DNA from: Trypanosoma brucei
Taxonomy: Eukaryota
DNA: 64,000 nucleotides
Assembly: GCA_000002445.1 (NCBI GenBank)
Contig: CP000066.1
Span: 672,001 to 736,000, forward strand
Direction of reading: 5' to 3'
Below the pieces are notes generated by a model. The model worked only from the letters and a program-made list of their open reading frames with translations, did not search any database and was not told the origin of the DNA. The first letter of the stretch is position 1. Each line of letters starts with the position of its first letter. Of this stretch, positions 42,901 through 52,156 are shown piece after piece. Position numbers and translations under genes: made by a program.

Positions 42901-43342
42901 CACCGTGGAGCAGTGTGAGAAGCGTCTCATCACAATCCTCATGCATGTTCAAATCAAGGTCAGCGCACGAACCCACATTAACACAAACAATGGAAGAACG
43001 ACGGCAAAGTCCTCTTGAAGTTTGTCCACCACCAACACACGGTGGCGCCTTGTCCCCTACTGTTGTACAAACCAGTCCCCGCTGCTGAAGCGCAAGCATA
43101 TTTTCTTCAAAGGAGGCGACTGCCAGACGGTTATCGGTACTTTGGTCCATTATCCCTGCATAATAGGGACGATGGCCATTGCACCGTAGGAACAACCGCT
43201 GCGCATCTTCCCAGCGGCACGCCGCCTCGCAGTTAATCGGCAGTGCGTACAACGCCTCCAATTGTTGTGTGATCAAGGAACGATTTACCCGTGACGACGA
43301 AGGCTGCAAGACACGCTCCAGTTGAGCCCATGCTTTCTTCAT
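39932..43342 (-). CDS. Hypothetical protein of about 1136 aa.
   Basis: The track start is GTG at 43351; the ATG is at 43342 (MKKAWAQLERVL...). A GA-rich tract on the plus strand at 43378-43458 is the polypyrimidine tract on the minus strand. Contains a poly-Pro stretch (PPPPPPP). No family recognised. Confidence 0.65.
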   Translation of the reverse strand: MKKAWAQLERVLQPSSSRVNRSLITQQLEALYALPINCEAACRWEDAQRLFLRCNGHRPYYAGIMDQSTDNRLAVASFEENMLALQQRGLVCTTVGDKAPPCVGGGQTSRGLCRRSSIVCVNVGSCADLDLNMHEDCDETLLTLLHGVVVPYLHFRIVYGAGVSPPLVPRAPGPAICGASHDLSLQNELHIDSCVALLHPRGLCSSNCNNKAYRTAATLVRGAVSLATSDTLLHQRQDGCFTLHPDAMKLGSPRLFALQLWWNKEVGPLIQRGVEQSVKTDEVLSGAWIEVARKRVEELVERGGDDLPQPLRNMTRDDVAAFAADATLCWTLSAFDCNYKRLGPAQPACRLQFSEEARLSMALELMQTVKASLVKQPTGIPISELSATVCWPAASAWIGEKSLTEALTQFPAHFNVVNVEGKLVVMHGHLTGPSDNVTAEEVSEWLAAGHSEGLQKPCVAASPSDLTFHRETDLVVRAVAFLRKRHFGNVPVTYGELCGALLPKNNGKNDGDSDTLLNVLLRYDVLAADTAKGDSSINIQCGLRDGDAVRLSVREDRALRAFEAFRTTSRSAFQLYTEAIEPFFTCCRGAMRENGSCVVPLTLLERWLQVERLSLQSKELLDILRSAEGPYRIDEELCNVVLTNHTAKGEVLTPAFSLPATPPPPPPPAVSSRLTFEAQISRVLKTQRPDRLLHFVQTILHAVFDLILPHVSAPSGVPVRRLMRRIRWGSFVVTLGSLTSFVEAFDGLFFEVLSNASSHGEEKRDDVDLIVSAYKGPVSPWLLYARLIVRLFPADVDIPLGLIAEALSWSSRFAPMFGDLPSLLRRVGRQCRNGQLLAKVEMVRPVCDQDDACLWELLAKIRREAHLHHLERGSGETGQYVLLSETELYAYLPNDVKGERWNSTVKEEGARCLATTAVHRLPHFFEWHVDNTDTTTRYVRVVLPFSTPPTGVVCFVEEYVCPLLRQHKQTTIAELDEQLGWSHGAFDAHPAGSQAAGGTPSATSLCGLLRRYVESMHSPKIILEPQETTLSPLHHHVHVMPNPAVYTSPEDMLLLLNGLRISNEGITRVLPTHKPVSLFELISQQLDLHQPFREGLTTLERGSRWNVMLACESDSMDDCLQELDNCTGDILVWCEG

Positions 43343-43377
43343 GGAACACACCGCTAAACACTACTTATAATGGGCGA

Positions 43378-43458
43378 TTTCAAAAAAAAAAAGGAAGGAG
43401 GAGGAAAGGAGAGGAGAGGAGAGGAGAGGAGAGAAGGAAAAGAAGGGGGAAAAAAAAG
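43378..43458. repeat. Purine-rich (GGAGA/GGAGAGGAGA)n tract. It is a polypyrimidine tract on the coding (minus) strand.
   Basis: aaaaaaaaaggaaggaggaggaaaggagaggagaggagaggagaggagagaaggaaaagaagggggaaaaaaaag. It lies 36-116 nt upstream of the ATG at 43342. Confidence 0.85.
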
Positions 43459-44117
43459 TACAACCATGTTTCGAAGGCCACAACGCTTCAGTTGTTCTTT
43501 TTTTTTTGCGTATGCGCGCGTACGTGTTGCTTGTACAATCACGGGTGTGGAAATCCCAACCCGCTTAATCACACCTTTCCCCTTTTCTTGCACTCTCAAC
43601 TCCCAACTGCTCTTTCCCCTCAGTCTTTCATTATTCTTCACAGTCAATTTAAGCTTCGTGAAGGTGTATTCGCGCATGCTCTCAGCCTCATCCCTTCTCT
43701 CCGCAAAAGTCCGCACAAATAAATTACAAACAATTTACAGCACACTGTCGCATCCCCCCACACAGTATTAGGAGCAGTAGCTCCTGCATTTATTCGTAAC
43801 CTCCAGCCCACACCACCCAAGAGAGAGAAAAAAAAGATTCGTGCATAGATGAGACAGTAGGAGTTAACAACATCAGAGGCACAAACGTTTATGGCTTTGA
43901 AGCGACGCCATCATATCGGCTCACATGCACACATTCCTGAGCGCACTAGCGCTGCAAAATGGGCCACGGCACCGACGTATATCATTCAACATACCTCTCA
44001 CCTTTAACCGGTGTATGCGCATCGAAGAATAAATCGAAAAACAAAAAAGAAAAGAACAAAAGAACAAAAAAACAAAAAAGAAGAGGATTTAAAAAAAAAA
44101 CTAGACATAAATGTACC

Positions 44118-47100
44118 TCACACCGCCGATGATGCGTAGCCCACCTCAACAGCGTGCCAGAGAGCCTGCAAATGCAACGCCACACCGTCATCGGAAACGC
44201 TCCCAGGCACCACAAAATGGTCCAGTCGTTGGCAGAAAGCAAAAACACCGAGCACGCCAAGGAACGACTTCCCCACCCCTCCGCCAACTTGCCGCGTGGC
44301 TCTCACACCATTTGGTCCTTTATCATTCATGGCTGAAACATTTACACCGAGTGCGAGGCACAACTCTTCCAATACCTGGGCTGGCAACACCCGCTGCAAA
44401 AGGAGGATATCTGCAGACCGGCGAATATTTTGCTTTACCCACATTCGGCTTCCAGGGTGGGACGGGATTGCGGCAGGGCACTGCTTTGCAACCTCGCCAT
44501 CCAACAGAGGCATCAGCACCAGATCTGCAAGTAACTCGCCTAACGCTGCTCGTAATTCCCCCTGGGAAGACTCGTTGGCTGAGCGGCGGAAGTTGGAGCT
44601 TGAGATTGCTCCCGCACTATCATTCAACTTTCGGTCATTATCTTCTTGCTGCTTATGAAGCCGTCGCTCCAGCACGTGTGGTGCAAGTAAAATCAACTCG
44701 TCATCTTCCGTCAACGGCGGAACAATAAAGGCAAACAAGTGCACTAAGAAGGATATCCAAAGCCGCAGTAATCCGAGCGGCTGAACTTGAAAACCAAACA
44801 CCATATGATGGATAACCCTCACAAGGATACGAAAGACAACAATATCTTCCGTTGTGCAAAACGTAGCCTGCCGACCGAGGTAATCGCTCTCACTCTCACT
44901 CAAAAGCTTTATTTGCTGTTCCCACTCCGTGCGGAGCCGCAACAATTCCTGCGACAACGTGCGGAACACAGACATGAGCAGCAGCGTCCCACAAGGTGCG
45001 GGGAACTGTACCGGCACATCGCGGCGTAAAATATCCTCCATCGCGTCAACCACCGTTCCCCCATCGGTATCCTCCCTTTCAGAAACCAACAGAGAGAGAA
45101 AGGGATCACCCGTGCAATCACCGAATATCTCTGATGCTATATCTTCCGGCGTTCGCTGCCCGCTGACAACTTCGGAAAGCAGTTGGTACAATTCGGATGC
45201 TGCCCCCTCAGAGCCAAATGAATCCCGCAACCTTGTGCCTAATATCCCGAACAGAAGGAGCCGTATCCTCAAACCGCGCAAATTCCACGGTATTGACATA
45301 AACCCAGACGTAACAAGCAAAATCATGCACTGTTGCCGCTCCTGCCTGTCAACAAAAAACGCATCTGTTTCATCCGTTGTGGCATTTTCCTCCACAGCCG
45401 TCACGTCTTCCTCATCCTCCTCCCCACCCTCACCCTCACCCTGAGGACTGCAAAGGATTGACAGGATTGGGAGAAGAGTACACTTCAATACCTCATGTCC
45501 CTGTATGTTTGTCCTTCCTGCGCGGCTAAATAGTGCGAAAACACCGTGAAGAAGACACATAACTAAAAAGCTATTTTCCCTAAGCGCATTCACAACTCGT
45601 GTGTGCACGTACTGGGTGTGCCACTGCATCAACTCATCCCGCAACTTAACCTCACTCGCCTTCTCCCCAGGTAAAAGGGATGCAATTGAGCCTTCCAAAG
45701 CATCGTGTCCCTTGTAAAGGATCATATCATGTAGCTGACGAAGAAGCGAGACAAACTCCCCTTGCTTCACAGGCGATAGAATCGAAAAGCAGCTCGGATG
45801 GTAGACACAGAAAAAGAATTCAACCATATACGATAGCCAAGTAGACCCGCCGTCCATAGCGTGTTTGCCTTCATCCTCACGCGGACGCTTGCCGGCAGAG
45901 AAAAAATATTTCTGTGAAGCCGACAAGTGCTCTATGTGCTGCTCCACCAGCTGGCGGTGACACCGCTGAATAGAGGAAATAACGGACTCCGAGACTGCAG
46001 GTACAGCCGTCAGCGGCACATCCTCTACGGCCATTTGCCCATGAACGAAGCACCGCACGACACGCACAGCGTTCCCCCATGCTGTGGCTGCTTCCTTCTT
46101 TACCCACTCCTTAATGACGATGTTGACGGAAAGCGCCGGTGGCAGATGACCAGGGGCTGATTCCGCTTCCAAAGTACACCTCCAGAAGAAGGGTTGATGG
46201 CAGGTCACGGTGTGGACTGATGCAAAGGAGTTACTGGCCGGATCACCACCTGCAAGCAGGCGCATGGAAAGGTAATCCCGCAGATTTGATTGAAGCTTTT
46301 CGAAAAACATGCGGCGCGCGCGCAAATGTATGCGATCGGTAATAGTAGTAGTAGTAGCAGTATCAGTATTAGAAGATGCCGAAGACGAAGATACAGAGGG
46401 AGGTGCGGCAAGTAACGCATGAGCCCCCTTGTAACCTGTGATGAGCAGCATCAAAAAGAGCCACTGTGTTTCGCTCAGCGCCGCCTCCACATCCACCTCA
46501 CACCGCTGAAAAAATGAACCGATTTCTCTCCATACTAGTGCCACCACACTATCGACGACACGGACCACCTCCTCATTCATGCGGACACCACCGGTTGGAA
46601 GGGCCCCGCCCCTCGCTGACATTCCACATACAACGTAATGCACGCCCTCCACCAGACGCTGGATACTATTACGGATAATGCAATCCATCACGATGCATAT
46701 TCCACGAAATGATCCGGCCCCTCGAACCACACCCTCTAGTTCGTTTATCAACACCTCGTACTGTCGAGCCTCCGCCTTGTCGTACTTGGATAGGTCCCAC
46801 AACTCAGGCCCGCCGGAAGCATCTTCGGGGATGGGGTGCCTTTGCTCTAACATATTTAAAGAGCACAACTCCCTTTCTATCGCATTTACGATCGCTTCGA
46901 GCAGGAACGTGCCGCCCAACTCGTCACACCCCTCGCTACACCAGCACCGAAGCAATGGTCCTAGGAGAGTTTGACGCCAGTACGGAATTTCTGCCATCCG
47001 CAAGAATGTCGAGTAGAGCATTCGGCCCTTTTCTCCCTTAGGCACACACAACAGAGAAGTTTCATTTTTTGCAGAAGTTGACGCTCCAGTATCGGACGAA

Positions 47101-47426
47101 CTCGCCTCAGGGGCAAGATATTTGCAGAGCTCTGTGAGGTAGGACTCCTGCACAACGGGATCCGTTGCAGAAGAAGAAATACACTTTTGTTCACTATTAG
47201 CGGTTTTACCAACTTTTGTCTGCCCTGACGCTACGTCAACAATGGTGTTCGATAAGCAGGTCAGTAACCTACACGTCTGTGCAGGGCCGCGGAGGCAGCT
47301 GAGGAAGTTAACCTTCCACTGGGCGTCACTGCACTGCCCTCCATTTCCCGTATCTGAGCTTTTAACTTTTACCTCTACCCCACCGCCGGGATCTTTTTGT
47401 TGCGGCGCTGGCGAGAACACATACAT
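44118..47426 (-). CDS. Hypothetical protein, 1102 aa, probably an alpha-helical solenoid.
   Basis: ATG confirmed at 47426. A 3.3 kb ORF containing an in-frame (GTA)n repeat that encodes a Thr-run (TATTTTIT at about 46343-46374). No catalytic motif seen. Confidence 0.65.
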   Translation of the reverse strand: MYVFSPAPQQKDPGGGVEVKVKSSDTGNGGQCSDAQWKVNFLSCLRGPAQTCRLLTCLSNTIVDVASGQTKVGKTANSEQKCISSSATDPVVQESYLTELCKYLAPEASSSDTGASTSAKNETSLLCVPKGEKGRMLYSTFLRMAEIPYWRQTLLGPLLRCWCSEGCDELGGTFLLEAIVNAIERELCSLNMLEQRHPIPEDASGGPELWDLSKYDKAEARQYEVLINELEGVVRGAGSFRGICIVMDCIIRNSIQRLVEGVHYVVCGMSARGGALPTGGVRMNEEVVRVVDSVVALVWREIGSFFQRCEVDVEAALSETQWLFLMLLITGYKGAHALLAAPPSVSSSSASSNTDTATTTTITDRIHLRARRMFFEKLQSNLRDYLSMRLLAGGDPASNSFASVHTVTCHQPFFWRCTLEAESAPGHLPPALSVNIVIKEWVKKEAATAWGNAVRVVRCFVHGQMAVEDVPLTAVPAVSESVISSIQRCHRQLVEQHIEHLSASQKYFFSAGKRPREDEGKHAMDGGSTWLSYMVEFFFCVYHPSCFSILSPVKQGEFVSLLRQLHDMILYKGHDALEGSIASLLPGEKASEVKLRDELMQWHTQYVHTRVVNALRENSFLVMCLLHGVFALFSRAGRTNIQGHEVLKCTLLPILSILCSPQGEGEGGEEDEEDVTAVEENATTDETDAFFVDRQERQQCMILLVTSGFMSIPWNLRGLRIRLLLFGILGTRLRDSFGSEGAASELYQLLSEVVSGQRTPEDIASEIFGDCTGDPFLSLLVSEREDTDGGTVVDAMEDILRRDVPVQFPAPCGTLLLMSVFRTLSQELLRLRTEWEQQIKLLSESESDYLGRQATFCTTEDIVVFRILVRVIHHMVFGFQVQPLGLLRLWISFLVHLFAFIVPPLTEDDELILLAPHVLERRLHKQQEDNDRKLNDSAGAISSSNFRRSANESSQGELRAALGELLADLVLMPLLDGEVAKQCPAAIPSHPGSRMWVKQNIRRSADILLLQRVLPAQVLEELCLALGVNVSAMNDKGPNGVRATRQVGGGVGKSFLGVLGVFAFCQRLDHFVVPGSVSDDGVALHLQALWHAVEVGYASSAV

Positions 47427-47677
47427 CCAACCACCACCCAGGCGGTGTAGATGTAATGTCCCTTCGGATTGCGTCCACCTGCGCTGTAATACACATCAAC
47501 ACGTATACATACACAAAGAGAGCAAAGAAAAATAATAACAAGGACAGAAAAGGAAGGGAAGAAAGATACGAAAGATGAAACTAAGAGGAGGGATGCAGCA
47601 AATAAATGTGCATTTATTTCAAGCAGAAATGCAGCCACTTAGATGCCACAAATTATTGCAGTAAGAAAGAAAGAGCA

Positions 47678-47745
47678 TGTGTGTAATGTGTGTGGGTGTG
47701 GGTGTGGGTGTAGGTGTGTGTGCGTGTGCGTGTGTGCGTGCGTGA
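47678..47745. repeat. Degenerate (GT)n/(GGGTGT)n microsatellite.
   Basis: atgtgtgtaatgtgtgtgggtgtgggtgtgggtgtaggtgtgtgtgcgtgtgcgtgtgtgcgtgcgtg. It sits in the intergenic region between the 48110-51544 and 44118-47426 genes. Confidence 0.85.
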
Positions 47746-48109
47746 TTGGGTGCATCAGTGCGAGTATGCGCATGCAGTGCGCACACCCAGTGCATCCCAC
47801 ACCTTCAACAGGCCGGGAGGCAGCACAAAAACAGCAAATAATTAAAACAGTTACGACAACGAGAAAGGGAAAATGGGCGGCTAAGAGCTTGAGTCCTAGC
47901 CACATGCAAAAGTGAACATACACACACACGCACAAACACGTGTCTATACAAGTACGGTTGTATATTTGGGTGTATATAATAATGCTATCTATGGGTCCAA
48001 CAACAGTAACAAGTGAAATACCTCTTTGCTACAAGGTCTTACTACTGTTGGAAAGGTAGTGCCGTCATAAACTACAAGACACTTCTTTATCAAATTACCC
48101 ATGACCTCG

Positions 48110-51100
48110 TCAACGGCGCACACGCCATGCCTCTATATGCTCAAACTTCTCCCACTCACAGGTCATAAACTCAGTAACCTCATCCACGTATCGATATAAG
48201 GATCTCTCCTTCTTCTCTTCTATGAGCAGTACAATGTACCGCAAACATGTTTTTGCATCTCCGATGAGACGAATACAGTTCAGCGTTTCCCTCCTCTTAA
48301 CCTCCACATCGTTATTATGGCCACTGCCTCCCACTTTTCTTCCCCCTGCTGCCTCACAGGCATCCGGCATGTTACTCTCATCCACTCGTGTGCAATTCAA
48401 CTCCTCTGGGGTAAAGGCGTAGTGTTCCACAACCTCTAGTGGCACCTCCGTGTCTAATAGCATACCGCTATTTTTAATTATTCCCGCACATTGCTGTCGT
48501 TCTTGCAAAAACGATTTATGCAACAAATCCTTGTCACAACCTTGAGCCGTAAGAGCCTGTCGCTGTGTTGCAATAAGAACAACAACGGTTTGAAGTGCTT
48601 GTTGGACGGCCTCAGCATCTTCGTGAAGCTGTTCAACCCACTCATCACATGCCTGCTTACACTGCAGAGCAGCAGGATTTGTAGACGGGTAAAATGGCGG
48701 GGGAGAGAGAATCGAATGCGATTGATTTGACCCCCTGCTATGCCTGGTATCCTCCGACTTGGGGGTTGAGGAATCGACAGCTCGACGCTTAGGTGTTGTT
48801 GCACCAACTAATATTGCCTTGGTGGGCGTTCGCTGGGAAGAAGGCGAAAAGACACGGGGGCCTTGCACACTTGCCTTCTGTAAAGAAGGCGCCACCTTTT
48901 GTTGCCGCCCTCCCGCAATGGAGTTACGTTCATCCACCTCTGGTGTCAGTCTGCCCATATCACTCAAGAATCGTTTGGCAATCGTCGAGATGGCTTGTTT
49001 GTCGTTCGCATGGCCACGGATTGGTGAAAGTTTATATGAACCTCCCCCTCGACTCACTCTCCCCCTCTCCGGCGTCCTAGTGCACGCTTCCTGTTTGGAT
49101 CGTGCAATGCTAGTGGGTTCACTTCCACATTTGCGTGTTTCCATTCTCCCACGGAGCTGCACCCATTGCCTGTGATTAAGCGATTCGTCCCGGCGGACTC
49201 CCACATGACGACACTTTTCCTCGTCGCGCTCCTCCAAAGCGCCACGGTGGGAACCCTTGCCTGCAGACTGAGGACCAACAGAAGCTCCCCTTCTTTGTGC
49301 CCAAACTTTGACTGGGGTACGGCACGCGCTGCCATCCGGCTGATCAGCCCGCCGCGGGGTTGTATTCCCCTCCTCCATCACATAAACAGTGACTTCTGCC
49401 TCGTTGTCCTCCAACTCCTCCCCCTTGTCCGGACTGCGCATCGATGGTGAATCCACAGAAACGCTTGTACTCCTCCCTGTGTTTGTGACTGCTCCATCGT
49501 ACGACTGTTGCACACTCGCCAGGCGTTCCGCCAGTACGTCCTCCAAATACTTCTTCGAGTCTATGGCGAGCTTCTTCAGCAACTCATTGTGAAGCGGTAC
49601 CCCTTTCCTGGTAGAGGCACGGCGCTGTCGTTCCTTCGTCTCTTCTTCACTTTTTCGCTGCATTTCCATGGCCCTCGTTGCACGAGACATTTTCAAACTG
49701 TCACTATAACCTGTTTTCCCACCAATCGTCACCCCACGCGTAAGTAAATGCATATAACTTCCACACTGGGAGGAGCGCCCGTCCCCTTTATGAGTAGACG
49801 TAGATGCGCCGCCTCGGCCAGTAGCAGCGCTTACAGGCTCACTACTGTCCCACGTCTTGCTGTTTTCGATTTGCGAACTCCACCCACCCCCTTGCGCGAA
49901 TGTAAGGCGGATTCCGTCAATGAATTGTAGCGAGGGGCAGAGGTTACGGAGCATGGGTCGGAAGCAGTTCTGTATACGTTCCATAACGGGGTTCCCACGC
50001 AACATCAAATGTTGTAGCCCTTTGGTGAGAGACAACGGCCGAATTGATGCCTGTGTCTCAAGTCTGTTGTACGACAAGTCGAGAGTCTCCAGTAAAATAA
50101 GATGTGCGATCCCACCCACGAACTCAATTTCGTTTCCACCCAAGAACAAGTGGGATAAGGAAAGGTTGTTCTCAAGACCCGTCATGGAGCAGATACGGTT
50201 ATGACGAGCGTTGAGAAGGGTGAGCATTCGGCACTTCTCCAAACCGCTAATCTTACGCAGCTCGTTCTCACTCACGTCCAGACGTAGGAGCGAAGGAGGC
50301 AGCGGTTCTAGGGATTTCAAGCCGTTGCGACTGAGGCAAAGGACCGTCACCGACCGAAAAGATGCACCCGCTCGGGGAGCCGTCGCTACGCGCGGGCCTC
50401 TGTCCTCAGGGCTGCTATCGGGTCCCTGAGAGCTCTTAGCCCTCACCACACTCCAAATATCATCTGTGTCGTACAGCGTGCGCAGCTTTCCAGTTGAAAC
50501 AGAATCTGTCAGATCCATGACAGATGTCAGAAGTGGACTAAGATTTTCAGTAAGATCAACACGAAACTCGTCGTCCCTGACAGAGGATGATCTATAGTGT
50601 TGCTTTTCCTTCGGTACGCTCCGGGCTGGAGTGCCTCGCACCTCGCAACTTCCGGCCCTCTTCTCACCATTACCCATACGTACACCAGCAGAGGATTGTC
50701 TCTGCAACTTATTACCACCAGCTTTGCACGTTTCTGGAGGGAGCCGGGGGGGAGTGCAACTGCCTTTCGCCTGATTCTCCCGCCCTTGTTTACTTCCCCC
50801 TCGCTTTCCACCTCGTGATGTCCCCGAGGGTAACCCCGTGGACACACGTTTCATCGGTGAGCCCGACACCAATTCATTGCATGACTCATCGCTCACAACA
50901 CAAGCATCAGTGGAGGCTGCGGGAGTCACACTACCGGAGGCACTGGATGGCCTCTCCGAGCCGAGCAACGCGTGCCGTCGCTTCTCGAGAGCCATCGAGT
51001 CAACACCACGGCATGAAGAAGCGCTCTGCGTTTGGATAGACGAAAGCGAGCAGGCACTCACAGGCTCACTACTTGGGCGGCCTCCACCAGCAGTCGTAAC

Positions 51101-51544
51101 ATCCAACTTCACAACACAGGGAGAGGATGACTGAACACGAACCTCTTCGATACGCTGGGCTGCGGCGGCTGTGATGCTATTCGCCCGAATATCCATGTAT
51201 AACAAAGGCGGAGAACAGCGCGAAACAAGGAGTGACAAGTGGGTAACGCAATTGTCCGTTAGAGAGTTTTGGTTCAGTGTTAGCGCCCAGCGGCTGATAC
51301 CGTGGACGCGAAGCATGGCAGTGGTGCCGAGCTTTATTAGAGCCTCTGCCGCTGCAATAACCTCCCTGTCTCCTAGGCCAAGGCCGTTCAGTGCAAGATG
51401 CGCTCCTGAGCCATCCAAACGTACACACTGGGCACACTTACTGGCAAATGCGGCTGCTTGAGATACACCTTGCCGACACAGTTCAACACGTAGCGAATCC
51501 CTGAAGATGGCCGTGAAGGATGACGGCGTATCGTCGCGAACCAT
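48110..51544 (-). CDS. Leucine-rich-repeat protein, 1144 aa, with SDS22-type LRRs plus an N-terminal RNI-like LRR region.
   Basis: ATG confirmed at 51544. Central LRRs: LSRNGLKSLEPLPPSLLRLDVSENELRKISGLEKCRMLTLLNARHNRICSMTGLENNLSLSHLFLGGNEIEFVGGIAHLILLETLDLSYNRLE. The N-terminus has LALNGLGLGDREV...LTLNQNSLTD repeats, followed by a Ser-rich linker and a helical C-terminus. Confidence 0.7.
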   Translation of the reverse strand: MVRDDTPSSFTAIFRDSLRVELCRQGVSQAAAFASKCAQCVRLDGSGAHLALNGLGLGDREVIAAAEALIKLGTTAMLRVHGISRWALTLNQNSLTDNCVTHLSLLVSRCSPPLLYMDIRANSITAAAAQRIEEVRVQSSSPCVVKLDVTTAGGGRPSSEPVSACSLSSIQTQSASSCRGVDSMALEKRRHALLGSERPSSASGSVTPAASTDACVVSDESCNELVSGSPMKRVSTGLPSGTSRGGKRGGSKQGRENQAKGSCTPPRLPPETCKAGGNKLQRQSSAGVRMGNGEKRAGSCEVRGTPARSVPKEKQHYRSSSVRDDEFRVDLTENLSPLLTSVMDLTDSVSTGKLRTLYDTDDIWSVVRAKSSQGPDSSPEDRGPRVATAPRAGASFRSVTVLCLSRNGLKSLEPLPPSLLRLDVSENELRKISGLEKCRMLTLLNARHNRICSMTGLENNLSLSHLFLGGNEIEFVGGIAHLILLETLDLSYNRLETQASIRPLSLTKGLQHLMLRGNPVMERIQNCFRPMLRNLCPSLQFIDGIRLTFAQGGGWSSQIENSKTWDSSEPVSAATGRGGASTSTHKGDGRSSQCGSYMHLLTRGVTIGGKTGYSDSLKMSRATRAMEMQRKSEEETKERQRRASTRKGVPLHNELLKKLAIDSKKYLEDVLAERLASVQQSYDGAVTNTGRSTSVSVDSPSMRSPDKGEELEDNEAEVTVYVMEEGNTTPRRADQPDGSACRTPVKVWAQRRGASVGPQSAGKGSHRGALEERDEEKCRHVGVRRDESLNHRQWVQLRGRMETRKCGSEPTSIARSKQEACTRTPERGRVSRGGGSYKLSPIRGHANDKQAISTIAKRFLSDMGRLTPEVDERNSIAGGRQQKVAPSLQKASVQGPRVFSPSSQRTPTKAILVGATTPKRRAVDSSTPKSEDTRHSRGSNQSHSILSPPPFYPSTNPAALQCKQACDEWVEQLHEDAEAVQQALQTVVVLIATQRQALTAQGCDKDLLHKSFLQERQQCAGIIKNSGMLLDTEVPLEVVEHYAFTPEELNCTRVDESNMPDACEAAGGRKVGGSGHNNDVEVKRRETLNCIRLIGDAKTCLRYIVLLIEEKKERSLYRYVDEVTEFMTCEWEKFEHIEAWRVRR

Positions 51545-52156
51545 TTTTATAAAAACTACCGAAGCTGAGCACCTTATACAAAATAATAATATATATCTCT
51601 ATACTTAGCTTATATATAAATATATATGTGTCCTGGTGCCTTGCCACTGCGCCACAGAAATGAGAAGAAGATGGTCCAGCGAGTTTGTGTCACCACACAA
51701 CAGCAATGAATATGGCAAAAACGGGACTGCAAGAGTCGGAAAGCAAGTGATTAAGAGGATGCTAAAGTGGAAAAATGGTGCCATCAAATATGATGGCGAG
51801 GAAAAGTACGTGACCAAGCATCCCTCACACGAGCTAGATACAAATACACAAATAGAGAGAGAACATTCGCACAGCAGCGAAAAAATGATGACGGCACGAG
51901 ATTTTCGTTTTTGTGTACAAGCTTCTGCTCCCATTTTCCACCCATGGTGATTGTGAGAAACGATGGAAAAATTACAGAATGCAAAAGCGTCCCCAGCTAT
52001 GACTCAACATTCGAAAGAAAAAATATCGCTTCATGGCAAATAGGGGAAAAAGCGAATGATCCAACGAAATCTCAAAGATAAAAACCATTTACAGCGAGCA
52101 AAAAAAGTACGTGCACCACAACGGTAACTAAGCTGTGCCAGCTCGTGACTCACAAC

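Noticed and set aside
43354-43716. 120-aa minus-strand ORF just upstream of the 39932-43342 gene.
   Set aside because: Its C-terminal half (FFPPSFPSLLSSPLLSFPPPSFFFL) is a translation of the polypyrimidine tract. It is probably 5' flank/UTR, not coding.
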